DNA of 64,000 nt from Planctomycetota bacterium (lineage in GTDB: Bacteria; Planctomycetota; Phycisphaerae; WQYP01): the NCBI GenBank assembly GCA_021831565.1, contig JAKBMM010000001.1:80321-144320 (forward strand). Reading direction: 5' to 3'. Both the position numbers and the translations under genes were made by a program. Of the stretch, positions 49,648-59,025 are shown piece by piece. The notes beneath the pieces are model-generated. The model was not told the origin of the DNA. It saw nothing but the letters and a program-made list of their open reading frames with translations, and searched no databases. Each line of letters opens with the position of its first letter. Within the stretch, counting starts at the first letter, position 1.

Positions 49648-49835
49648 GGAACCGTTCTCCTAAAAAAGAATCTCCCCGGCGTTGCAACGCCGGGGGTTAA
49701 CCTACAACAGAGCGCTATTATAGGAGACGATATCTAACTTCGCCAGCAAGCGCTCGGGCGGGTCCGCGGGTTGCTCTCCCACCGGGTTGATCTTATGCTC
49801 ACCCGCGCCTGCGGCAAGCCGCGTGGCTGGTCGTT

Positions 49836-50684
49836 TTGAGTCCAGGAGAAGCCATGCCAAGTTCTTCATCCCGGTTCCGATCCTGGCGCCGTTTCATTTT
49901 ATGGGCCGGCGCTTTTGTGTTGGCCGCCTTGGTACCGGATTCTGCGGTAATGGCCGGTGGCGCCGCCGCGGCCGGGGGAATCGCGTACTACTACCCCAAT
50001 CCTATCCTTATGGCGCTGGACATCGTGGTGATCGTGATGTTGGCGAGCGCTTCGCTGGCCAGCGTGGCGCTGATCATTGACGCCGCCATCCATCTGCGCG
50101 CGGCGAAAATCGCGCCGGTGGAAACCACCCGGCGTCTCCAAGCCCTTATCGAAGCTCGCCAATTCCGGGAGTTGATGGATTTCACCGCCACCGACGCGTC
50201 GTTCGTAAGCAAGGCCCTGCACGCCGGCGTGCGGCGCGCCCACCTTGGCTATGCGGCCATGCGCGAAGGACTGGAAAACTCAGCCACCGAACAGGCTTCC
50301 AACCTTTTCCGCCGTATTGAAATGCTTAACGTCATCGGCAATATCGGTCCGCTGATCGGGCTGCTCGGCACGGTTCTGGGAATGATCATGGCCTTCTACG
50401 CGCTGCATCATGCCGGCGGCCAGGCCCGGGTAACCGATCTATCCGCCGGCATCGCCACCGCCCTCTGGCATACCTTCGGCGGCCTGGCTGTCGCCATTCC
50501 CTCGCTGATCGCCTTTGGCTTTTTCCGCACCCGCCTGGACAAGATCGTTACGCGCGCGTCGTTAAGCGCCGATGAGCTTCTGGAAAGTCTCCGACCGTCC
50601 GAACGACCCCCGGCCGCCGCCGGCGAAGCCGATATTCCGGCGGAGCGGGTTGAAAATCGCCATAAGGAGCCGGTTGAACCATGA
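49836..50684 (+). CDS. exbB: MotA/TolQ/ExbB proton-channel family protein
   Basis: C-terminal three-TM core with conserved IGPLIGLLGTVLGMIMAF and ATALWHTFGGLAVAIPSLIAF motifs. Confidence 0.8.
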   Translation: MSPGEAMPSSSSRFRSWRRFILWAGAFVLAALVPDSAVMAGGAAAAGGIAYYYPNPILMALDIVVIVMLASASLASVALIIDAAIHLRAAKIAPVETTRRLQALIEARQFRELMDFTATDASFVSKALHAGVRRAHLGYAAMREGLENSATEQASNLFRRIEMLNVIGNIGPLIGLLGTVLGMIMAFYALHHAGGQARVTDLSAGIATALWHTFGGLAVAIPSLIAFGFFRTRLDKIVTRASLSADELLESLRPSERPPAAAGEADIPAERVENRHKEPVEP

Positions 50685-51124
50685 AACTCCGCGGCATTTC
50701 CCCCATGGAAAGCGAGCACGTCAACATTACGCCGCTGATCGACGTGGTGATGTGTCTGATCATTTTTTTTCTTCTGGTGGGTCACTTCGCCCGAAAGGCC
50801 GCCGTGAAAGGCGTAAAAATTCCCGTGGCTAAAAACGGCGGGGCGATGGGCGATAAAAGCGGCGAGTTGATCATCAACGTCGTGCCGCGACCGGGAAAAA
50901 TTCCGGGCGTCCAGCCCCGGCCCAGAATCGTGATCTGGGGCGAACCGTTGACTTATCCCGTTCTGGCCGGCGTCCTGCGGGCTTACAAGGCGAAACATCC
51001 CGACTTGAAAATCGTGATCCGCGCCGACCGCTCCATCCACTACCAGTTCATTGCGCCGATTCTCAGCGATTGCGCGCAGGCGGGCATCGCGAGCATCCAT
51101 TTTATGGCCCGTCGTCCGTCCTGA
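50681..51124 (+). CDS. exbD: ExbD/TolR biopolymer transport protein
   Basis: NITPLIDVVMCLIIFFL single TM with the conserved ExbD N-terminal pattern. ATGA overlap with exbB. Confidence 0.8.
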   Translation: MKLRGISPMESEHVNITPLIDVVMCLIIFFLLVGHFARKAAVKGVKIPVAKNGGAMGDKSGELIINVVPRPGKIPGVQPRPRIVIWGEPLTYPVLAGVLRAYKAKHPDLKIVIRADRSIHYQFIAPILSDCAQAGIASIHFMARRPS

Positions 51125-51438
51125 GTGAAAATAGGGACGCGAATTCCGGATCAATTATCAGTCGGATCAATTATCAGACCTTCGGAAATTTTTCTTCACT
51201 TGACATCTCTTGGATTATGGCTACACTTGCACATTGAGGGCTAAGTGGTATTCCTTTCTTTAATGGGCGAGAGAGAGAATCGCCACTGTTCTCACCGAGA
51301 GCGCTGTATTTCATGCGCTCATTAAGTTTTCTGACAAACGGCGGTCGGCGCCAGCGCTATGTGGTGCTGCGCGCGACGGACCGCCGCTTATAGGCAGGCT
51401 GCGCCATCCGCCGGATGCCGCGCCTTTTTTGAGGGTAC

Positions 51439-52248
51439 ATGGTTATGTCCACATTCACTGGTAAATTCCGACATCTTCTCCCTGTGATGGTCGCTGCGGT
51501 CGCGGCGGCGGGAGCGCTCGCGGCGCCGGCCGGGGCGGACACCATCCAGACCATCAGTGTGTCGGCGACCAACGTCGGCGGTTCAGACTTTGCGGCCAAC
51601 GCCGTCATTCAGTTCGATCTGAATTCGACGGCGGGTACGATATCGGTGTCCGTCGACAACACGACGGCGGATACGGTTGCGGCCAACCAGTTGCTGCGGA
51701 GCGTCTACTTCGAGATCGGCAATAATAGCGCCGACCTGACGACCGCTTCGCCTTCCATAACGGATTTCCAGAACGGGGAATTGGTACAGGTGAACTCCAC
51801 CGCCACCGGCGGCTATAGCATCACTTCCACAACCACTGATCCCTGGTCGGTCGCATCGTCGGTTTCCACATTCAACTACTCGTATGGCAGCGGGACTTAC
51901 AGTATCTCCAATGCCTACCGGCTCGGTGTTACGAGCATGCCGAAGCATTTGATTATCGGTCCGCCGAATGGCACGCCCCCAAGGTACAGCAACGCCAATG
52001 GCAGCATTGCCGGCAACGGAGCCCATAATCCTTTTCTTGGCGATACGCCCACATTTGTTTTGTCCGCTTCGGGTTTGACATCCAGCGACAAAATTGAAGC
52101 CGCGGCGGTCGGTTGGGGTACAGTGGGAGGCAGCGGTTACACACCAACGCTTGTCACAACCACCATTCCCGAACCGGCCACGATCGGTTTGCTGGCTGCG
52201 GGCGGTTTGGGGTTGCTGGTGGGCAAGCGGCGCCGGCGGGGCTCTTAA
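51439..52248 (+). CDS. PEP-CTERM sorting-domain secreted protein (Ser/Thr-rich)
   Basis: Signal peptide. S/T/N-rich body. C-terminus TIPEPATIGLLAAGGLGLLVGKRRRRGS, which is PEP motif, TM helix and Arg cluster, the exosortase recognition signal. Confidence 0.75.
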   Translation: MVMSTFTGKFRHLLPVMVAAVAAAGALAAPAGADTIQTISVSATNVGGSDFAANAVIQFDLNSTAGTISVSVDNTTADTVAANQLLRSVYFEIGNNSADLTTASPSITDFQNGELVQVNSTATGGYSITSTTTDPWSVASSVSTFNYSYGSGTYSISNAYRLGVTSMPKHLIIGPPNGTPPRYSNANGSIAGNGAHNPFLGDTPTFVLSASGLTSSDKIEAAAVGWGTVGGSGYTPTLVTTTIPEPATIGLLAAGGLGLLVGKRRRRGS

Positions 52249-52329
52249 CGTCGCAACGTTTCCTGTGGCGGCGCCGCGGATGACGGCGCCGCCACATTCC
52301 GACCACATTTATAAGAACATATATGTTAT

Positions 52330-52362
52330 AGCTCTCCATCATGGAGAGCTTTTCTTTTTTTT
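52330..52362 (+). terminator. Rho-independent terminator after the first PEP-CTERM gene
   Basis: Perfect palindrome AGCTCTCCAT-c-ATGGAGAGCT followed by TTTCTTTTTTTTC. A second GC hairpin (GGCGGCGCCG...CGGCGCCGCC) lies at 52269-52294. Confidence 0.6.
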
Positions 52363-52607
52363 CTTAACTTCTCCGCCCCGCCTGGCCGAAGAATAAGACA
52401 GTCACATTCCGTGGAGTTACACATCCTCCACAACCGCCGTCCGGGAAGGCGGCGGTCGGATAATAGGACAATATCCATCGGCGGCCGGAAGGAAGGATCG
52501 AACGGTGTCCCGCTCGCTTCGGGTTCGGTTCGGTTACAGGCCGTCACGACAAGTAAAACGCGCCGCCGGGTTGCCGGCGGGCGGAAAACATATCTGAATT
52601 ATAAGTA

Positions 52608-53360
52608 TTGTTATTGCGCAAAGGAGCGTTTATGAAAAGTTTCGCGGGTTCTAAGACTTCATGCTGTGTATATGCGGCGATTATTGCGGCGGGGCTCGCC
52701 GCGCCGGCGGCACAGGCGAGCTTTGTGGTGCAGTTCGAAGCCAACAACAAAGGCGCCATCACCAGTTTCACAGGCGTCGGCGGCGTTATTAATCAGTCGA
52801 ATGTGACGGTCGGCACATTTGACATCAGCATCTACGACGCCACATCCAATTCCGGCACATCGCGGACACCGCAAATCAGCACGGTGAGCGTGAGCATCGC
52901 CAAGAAAGGTAGTTCAAAAAAAACCGACATACTTGCGATCAATTTATGGGACACCGGCTTTTTGCCGATTGGTTCTCCGCTGACTCTGGCCGGTTCCGGA
53001 AGCGTCACGTTTAACGCCGCCACCAGCGGCGATTCCGCCACATTTGCCAGCGGCGCCGATCCGCTCGACGGCACATACTCTCTGACCACTCCGTCGCCGC
53101 CGGTGCAGACGGGTTCCTCCACCGCGACCTATTCAAGCGGGGGTTTTCCCCAAACACAGACACTGGTTGAGCAAACGGCCGTGTTCAGTCCCAATGGAAC
53201 CAATCCCTTTTCCATGGGCAACAACTTGGAACTGAGTCTCGCTGGCGGTTCGAACGTCACGCTCAGCTACACCACCACCGTTCCCGAAACAGCCTCGCTG
53301 GAGCTGCTGGCCGTGGGCGGCCTGGGATTGCTGCTCAAGCGCAGGCGGAAGGGGCAATAG
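52608..53360 (+). CDS. PEP-CTERM-like sorting-domain secreted protein (variant VPETAS motif)
   Basis: AAGGAG Shine-Dalgarno, signal peptide, S/T-rich body. C-terminus TTVPETASLELLAVGGLGLLLKRRRKGQ, with the same architecture as the upstream paralog. Confidence 0.7.
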   Translation: MLLRKGAFMKSFAGSKTSCCVYAAIIAAGLAAPAAQASFVVQFEANNKGAITSFTGVGGVINQSNVTVGTFDISIYDATSNSGTSRTPQISTVSVSIAKKGSSKKTDILAINLWDTGFLPIGSPLTLAGSGSVTFNAATSGDSATFASGADPLDGTYSLTTPSPPVQTGSSTATYSSGGFPQTQTLVEQTAVFSPNGTNPFSMGNNLELSLAGGSNVTLSYTTTVPETASLELLAVGGLGLLLKRRRKGQ

Positions 53361-53816
53361 CTTAAACGACTATGCACTTGGCCCGGCCCGTGTTTTTGCA
53401 AGGGCCGGGCTGCGGGGAAAGAGAGTAGAAAGTTGGTAACCGTTCACGCACCGGATGTTTTTGGCGCACGTCCCGGCGGGCATGGGTTTTCCCGGTGTGC
53501 CGGGACCGCCAATCACCGCGCCGCCCCAGTCACGCAGCCGAGTGGTGGAATCCCGCGGCCGTTTTGCGTCCACCTTCGGGCGGCTTTTCACGGTCGTGGA
53601 TGGTAATAGAGCGGTGGTTGGATTACGAGGCATGATGGTTTGCGGTTACGGACGGCCGTGGATTTCCATCCACGGCTGCGGGGGGGGGCGACCATGGGGC
53701 AGCCGCGAGGATCGCAATCCCGCGGCCGTTTTCCGCGCCGCCGTGAACGGTTACGGAGAAACAACAATGGCTCCTACAGTACGGCTCGGAACGAGCCTTT
53801 CTCAATAGATATACTA

Positions 53817-54929
53817 TTAAAGCTCGCGCACCAGATCATCGCGATGCACCACTTCATCGTACCACGTGTCGCATTGCAGCAACCGTGCGAATTCCCGCGA
53901 TCGATGGCCCTTGATTTTTTCGACGTCGGCGCGGCTGTAATTGCTAAGCCCGCGGGCGATGAGTTTGCCGCTTTCGTCCAGGATCGCCACCGGGTCGCCG
54001 GGCGTAAAGTCGCCGTCGGTTCCGATGATTCCTCCGGCCAGGAGCGATTTATTGTTGCGCAGCGCCGCCGCCGCGCCCGCATCCACCACCATTGTCCCGC
54101 ACACCCGCGCCGTCAGACCGATCCAGCGGCTGCGGGCGGAAAGGCGCCGCTTGCCCGGCAGCACCAGCGTACCCAACGGTTCTCCGGCCAGCAGGCGGCG
54201 GACAATCCCGGGCACTTTCCCATTGGCGATAATTACCGGTTCGCCGGCGGTTCGTACCGTTCCCGCCGCCAGCAATTTTCCGCCCATTCCGCCTGATCCC
54301 CGGCTGCTTTTGCGATCCCGCACCAACTGCGTAACCGATTCGTCCACGTCTTCCACCAGCGGTCGCACCTTCCCCGCCGCATCCAGCAGACCATCGACCA
54401 CGGAAAGCAGGATCAATAAGTCCGCCTGCAGCAGATTGGTTACATGCGCCGCAATCAGGTCGTTGTCGCCGAAACGGATTTCTTCCACCGCCACGGCATC
54501 ATTTTCGTTGATGATGGGAAGCGCCGCGCAGCGGTGCAGGGCATGGATGCAGTTTCGCAGGTTCAAATAGCGCGGGCGGTCTTCAAAATCATACCGCGTC
54601 ACGAGAATTTGCCCCACGTGCAGGCCATGCGGTTTGAAGGCCGCGGCGAAATAATTCATCAACAGGCCCTGACCGACGGCGGCGGCGGATTGCAGCATCG
54701 GCAGGTCCCGGGGACGGGTCTTGATCTCCAGCTCGGTCATTCCCGCGCCTATGGCCCCGCTGGAAACCAGCGTGATGCGAATTTGTTCCCGCCGCCACAG
54801 GCCCGCAAGGTCCGCGGCCAGCGCCACGATCACGTCATGATCCAGTCTGCCGTCCGGTCCGGTGAGCGCATTGGTGCCGATTTTGACTACCAGGCCGGAC
54901 ACCTTCGCCAGAAACGCCGCTCGGTCCAT
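53817..54929 (-). CDS. proB: Glutamate 5-kinase with C-terminal PUA domain
   Basis: VVKIGTNALT, LVSSGAIGAG, amino-acid kinase fold, and a C-terminal PUA (GDPVAILDESGKLIARGLSNYS). The start was trimmed to MDRAAFL, giving 370 aa. Confidence 0.85.
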   Translation of the reverse strand: MDRAAFLAKVSGLVVKIGTNALTGPDGRLDHDVIVALAADLAGLWRREQIRITLVSSGAIGAGMTELEIKTRPRDLPMLQSAAAVGQGLLMNYFAAAFKPHGLHVGQILVTRYDFEDRPRYLNLRNCIHALHRCAALPIINENDAVAVEEIRFGDNDLIAAHVTNLLQADLLILLSVVDGLLDAAGKVRPLVEDVDESVTQLVRDRKSSRGSGGMGGKLLAAGTVRTAGEPVIIANGKVPGIVRRLLAGEPLGTLVLPGKRRLSARSRWIGLTARVCGTMVVDAGAAAALRNNKSLLAGGIIGTDGDFTPGDPVAILDESGKLIARGLSNYSRADVEKIKGHRSREFARLLQCDTWYDEVVHRDDLVREL

Positions 54930-55096
54930 CGCATTTGCTTCGCCGGTGCTCATCGCCGATATTGGAGCATAAATCGCGCTGCGGAACCAGCGATCCGAAT
55001 GGCATGAACCGCAAGTACTGGCGGAGAATACGATAGAATCCCGATACCCGCCTGCCGGCAGGCGCGGGCTATCAAAAAGGCTTTCCAAGAGTTTCG

Positions 55097-56206
55097 ATGA
55101 GGCCGCTGAAACTTACATCGCGCACCATGGTCGGGGGGCTGTACTTTGGCCGGCCGGCATGGCGGGTCATGGCGTGGCCGGAACCACCGGATACTCCGGC
55201 GACGGAGGAAAAGAATCCGGAGATTTCGCGGCCGGAAAATCGCCGGCAGCTTGGCGATTTACTCCTGCGCGTATGCCCCGGTACAACTGGTTCCTGGACT
55301 CCCGCGCTGGTTCGGCAACTTGCGGACTTGGCGGACCGGCGCGCCCGGCTGTTGATTCTCAATATGCTGCCGGTTCAGCCGGAATCGTTGCTGCCGGCCG
55401 CCATGACGCAGTTTCAATCCCGGGATCTGGTGGCCGGCGTGGAGCTGGTCGCGCAGTGTCTCGACTCGCCGCGGGTGATGGTGGCGCTCGATCGCCATGA
55501 TCGCCCCACTTGGCGGGCGTGGCGGCGGCTGGCGGACGGGCGGCGCTTTCGCATCCATACCCTGGTCAATCGTTACCCGCAGGCGCACCCAGTGATCCTG
55601 GCGCGGTGTTTGACGGGAACGGTTCTATCACCCGCGAGTCTTCCATCCGGCAGGGACATCGTGCTGTTGGATCCCGTCACGTGCTGGGCGCTGGGAAGAT
55701 TTCTGCGGTGGGGCCGCGCGACGACGCGCCCCGTGCAGGTATTTGTCAGTGGGCGGGAACCTTGCCTGGCCGAGGCCCGTGTGGGACAGCGGGTGGCCGA
55801 TTTCCTGCGGACACTGGGCATTCCGCCGGACGCGGGAGAGTGCATCCTCAATGGCATGCTCGCCGGCGAATGGATCGATCCGGAGCGAACCGCTATCCGC
55901 TGGGATACGGAATTGATTTCCTTGCGCCCGCCGGCCGCACATGAGCCGGCCGTGGACTGCATCCGCTGCGGCTGGTGTGTGGGCGCTTGTCCCGTGGGCC
56001 TTAATCCAGTGTCATTGCTGGCGGCGGCGCGGATTCATGACGGGTTGCCGGTGGGAGATCGGCGGGAAGCGGTAGCGTGTATTGATTGCGGCTTGTGCAG
56101 TTACGTGTGCCCGTCGCGCCTGGATCTGGCCGCGACGATTCGCACGCTGCGTGTGGAGCAGTTGGGCATGGCCGCCGCGGCGGCGGAACTCGTCTCCAAG
56201 GGATGA
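55097..56206 (+). CDS. RnfC-like protein: SLBB-like domain plus two [4Fe-4S] ferredoxin motifs, lacking the NADH-binding (51K) fold
   Basis: C-terminal CIRCGWCVGACP and CIDCGLCSYVCP (2x CxxCxxCxxxCP). The preceding VFVSGREPCLAEARVGQRVADFLRTLGIPPDAGECILNGMLAGEWIDPERTAIRWDTELISL resembles the RnfC SLBB region. No GGAGFP/Rossmann motif was found. The start is ambiguous (55097, 55127 or 55169). Confidence 0.55.
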   Translation: MRPLKLTSRTMVGGLYFGRPAWRVMAWPEPPDTPATEEKNPEISRPENRRQLGDLLLRVCPGTTGSWTPALVRQLADLADRRARLLILNMLPVQPESLLPAAMTQFQSRDLVAGVELVAQCLDSPRVMVALDRHDRPTWRAWRRLADGRRFRIHTLVNRYPQAHPVILARCLTGTVLSPASLPSGRDIVLLDPVTCWALGRFLRWGRATTRPVQVFVSGREPCLAEARVGQRVADFLRTLGIPPDAGECILNGMLAGEWIDPERTAIRWDTELISLRPPAAHEPAVDCIRCGWCVGACPVGLNPVSLLAAARIHDGLPVGDRREAVACIDCGLCSYVCPSRLDLAATIRTLRVEQLGMAAAAAELVSKG

Positions 56207-57486
56207 AAACGGGAGAAACAATTCCCGATGGCTTTCGGGATGGCTTTGGCTGTTTTATAGGAGGCATCAAGCTCCTGCTTCTGGATCATCCATCCTCTAT
56301 AGACGCCGGCGTTGACCCGGCGCCCGCGACGCGAGATGAATCGCCCGGAGCTATTCTCGGACGACATCCTCCGTTTCTTCTTTGGCCGGCGGCGCGGCGC
56401 GAGTTCTATCAAACCATCGCTTATACGGCATTGCTGCCGTTGGCCTGGGGCATGGTGGTGTTTGGGCGCTGCGCCATCGCCGTGGTGGCCTGCTATGCCG
56501 CCGGCGCTATCGTCGCTTACGCGCTGCTTCAATGGCTGTTCCGGCGAAATCTCGGCAAGGCGGCATTGACATTTCACCATACCCTGGCTTGTGCATTGAT
56601 CGCCGCGGCCTTGGCCTACCCCCTGATGCCGTGGTACATAGCCTTGGGCGCGGGTGCCGGGGTAACGCTGCTGATGGCGGCGACCGGTTCCATCAGGCGC
56701 CCGTGGCTGCATGTGGGATTGCTTGCCGCCCTTCTGTTGGTGGTGCTGTATCCCACGCCGCGTCGCTGGCCGTTGTTGGCCAGAAACCACCTGGTGCTCG
56801 GCAACGCGGCGCATAATCGAAGCGGATCAATTTACCGCTGGCCGCGCTCCGGCGGGCCGGGCGGTGTCGACGCGGTGCGGTTCGAGCGCCCCGGCCTGGT
56901 CCTTCAATCGCTCTATGCGACCATCGCGGCGAATCCCCTGAGTGGCCCATCGCGTTTACGGCTGCAACGGGCATTCGCCTTGGATTTGCCGGCGCCGGGC
57001 GATCTGTTCCTCGGCGCTGTTCCGGGCCGTATTGGAACGGTCGGCCTGCTAGCGATCGTTCTGGCGGGGTTATGGTTGTCCTGCCGGCACATCCTGCTTC
57101 CCGGCGCCTGGGCGCTGTTTTTGCTCGGCGTGGTGGTGGGGCTGGTGCTTGGACCATTCTCGTCGCACGTGTTTGATCACGAATTCTGGCAGAGCCTCGG
57201 AGGTCTTTGGTACCTGCCACCGGAACGGGCGTTGACCTTGGTGGTTGATGAGTTATGCAGCGCCGATTTTCTGTTTGCATCGGTCTTCGTGCTGGCTCTG
57301 CCGGGGACGATGCCGATGGAACCGATGGCCCGGCGCGTATTTCTTCTCGCCGCGGGAATTCTGGCGGCCTTGGCGCACCGGCTGGCCGTCCCGGCGCTGC
57401 CCGCAACGCTCACGCTGCTGCTGCTCCAACCGCTGACCCCGACCTTGGACGTTCTGTTTCACCGTCGTTCGTGGGTGAGACCGTGA
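56203..57486 (+). CDS. RnfD/NqrB-family-like polytopic membrane protein
   Basis: ATGA-coupled to the upstream gene. The segment PLMPWYIALGAGAGVTLLMAATGSIRRPWLHVGLLAALLLVVLYP parallels RnfD [43 protein letters not shown]. Eight or more TM helices. The FMN-Thr region looks non-canonical (VDELCSAD instead of TDPVTAS). Confidence 0.5.
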   Translation: MKTGETIPDGFRDGFGCFIGGIKLLLLDHPSSIDAGVDPAPATRDESPGAILGRHPPFLLWPAARREFYQTIAYTALLPLAWGMVVFGRCAIAVVACYAAGAIVAYALLQWLFRRNLGKAALTFHHTLACALIAAALAYPLMPWYIALGAGAGVTLLMAATGSIRRPWLHVGLLAALLLVVLYPTPRRWPLLARNHLVLGNAAHNRSGSIYRWPRSGGPGGVDAVRFERPGLVLQSLYATIAANPLSGPSRLRLQRAFALDLPAPGDLFLGAVPGRIGTVGLLAIVLAGLWLSCRHILLPGAWALFLLGVVVGLVLGPFSSHVFDHEFWQSLGGLWYLPPERALTLVVDELCSADFLFASVFVLALPGTMPMEPMARRVFLLAAGILAALAHRLAVPALPATLTLLLLQPLTPTLDVLFHRRSWVRP

Positions 57487-57666
57487 TTTGCTGTTTCCCG
57501 CGGCGGAAGGGACAGTAGCACAGCGGAATGGAATGCAAAAGGCACCGGCGGAGGCCCGGCTCGCCGCCTGCCTGTCCCGACCGCCCGCGGGCAGGCGGGT
57601 AACTATCGGGGTAGCCAGCGAGGCGCAAACAGGCCGGGACATCGCACGACGCAATGGAAGATTCTC

Positions 57667-58953
57667 ATGCAACAAATATTTTCCGGATGGCGGCTGTGGC
57701 GCCTGGCTTGGGTGGTCCCGATAGCCATTGGGATTTTATCGGCCATGTTGTCGCCGGCGGCGCCCGCCACGAACCCGGCGATCCCCCCTCCGCTTAAAAA
57801 TCGGCAAATCCCGGCGCGTGGCAAAGGTCTGTCTCCCGATGAATCGGTACGGACCTTGTCCATCGGGAGACGAGTCCCAACACGTTTGGAGGAGGCTTTA
57901 ACGGATCTTTCTTCCGATCGTTATGCGGTGCGTCAACGCGCCAGCGCGGCGATCCGCAAGGATTTAGCCGGGCAATTGGGGGCGATCATCCAGGCGGTTG
58001 GACCGGAAAAGAAGAATCGCCTGATCAAACTGCTCCGATTCGACTCGCAACTATCGCGCTGGGCGCGGGCGGTGCTCGCTCTACCGCCGCGACAACGCAC
58101 GGCGATGTTCGCCTGGGGGCTTCAGAGCAAGGTACTGCCTTGGGCGGCGGGAGCGTTTTCATCGCGATCGACCCGGCGCGCCGCGGCGGCCCGCCGGCTG
58201 GCGAAAATACCAGGCTCCCAGGCCGATTGGCTTCTCCAGCGGCTGCTGGCCAGCGGGCATCGTCTGGTCTATCTCTCGGCGATGGCCGCGGTGTGGGATC
58301 GTCCGCCAACCCCGGCAATGGTGCGGATCGTCTGGCGGCGCGCCTTCTCGACCGGCAATCCTATGCCGCCCTACGATGCGAACCAGCGAAGCGTGTGGTT
58401 TCACGGCCGGCGGATATTCGTGCCGAAAAGTGTGAACTTCTGGCAACAGTCGCCGGACAGCGGTTTTGCCCGGCAGCTTCTGGCGCATTGGAAGCCGCCG
58501 GAGCTGGCTGAACTGCTGGTGGACTTCCTGCGCAGTGCGGCGCAAACGCGCCCTTTGGAGAATCCGTTCTCGAACCCCGGTATGATGCAGATTCCCAACT
58601 ACATCCGTTTGTTCCGACTATACAAGCCGCCGGCGGCGGCGCCATACCTGCTGCGCCTGCTGGCCACGCCCCCGTTCAACAATATTAATTTCAATTTCAA
58701 CAACACTCCCTTGCACTGGGACAATCACCTCACGCCCCTGTACCTGTTGATTCTGGCCGCCGGGCAGGATCCGGCGAAATACCATTTTTACCGGTCGAAC
58801 CTTTACGGCGGGCGATGGCTGCTGCATACCCAGAGAGAGGAAAACAAGGACATCAAAAAAATGATCTCTTGGTGGAAAAAACGGGGCGTCCTGGCGTGGA
58901 CTCCGGCGACGGACGCTCGGCCGGCGACTCGCCCGGGAACGATCCCGCCATAA
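57667..58953 (+). CDS. Hypothetical secreted protein (signal peptide, alpha-helical repeat-like)
   Basis: MQQIFSGWRLWRLAWVVPIAIGILSAMLSPAAPA signal peptide. 428 aa. No recognised catalytic motif. Confidence 0.5.
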   Translation: MQQIFSGWRLWRLAWVVPIAIGILSAMLSPAAPATNPAIPPPLKNRQIPARGKGLSPDESVRTLSIGRRVPTRLEEALTDLSSDRYAVRQRASAAIRKDLAGQLGAIIQAVGPEKKNRLIKLLRFDSQLSRWARAVLALPPRQRTAMFAWGLQSKVLPWAAGAFSSRSTRRAAAARRLAKIPGSQADWLLQRLLASGHRLVYLSAMAAVWDRPPTPAMVRIVWRRAFSTGNPMPPYDANQRSVWFHGRRIFVPKSVNFWQQSPDSGFARQLLAHWKPPELAELLVDFLRSAAQTRPLENPFSNPGMMQIPNYIRLFRLYKPPAAAPYLLRLLATPPFNNINFNFNNTPLHWDNHLTPLYLLILAAGQDPAKYHFYRSNLYGGRWLLHTQREENKDIKKMISWWKKRGVLAWTPATDARPATRPGTIPP

Positions 58954-59025
58954 GAGCTTTTCCCGGATAGGATCTAAAACCGATTCTCCCGCCCCATGAT
59001 TATCCTCCGCTTGCGGTGCGGATAT

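Noticed and set aside
56086-56202. Upstream extension of the RnfD-like ORF overlapping the RnfC-like gene
   Set aside because: The ATGA-coupled start at 56203 is the parsimonious choice. The extension is in a different frame inside the upstream gene.
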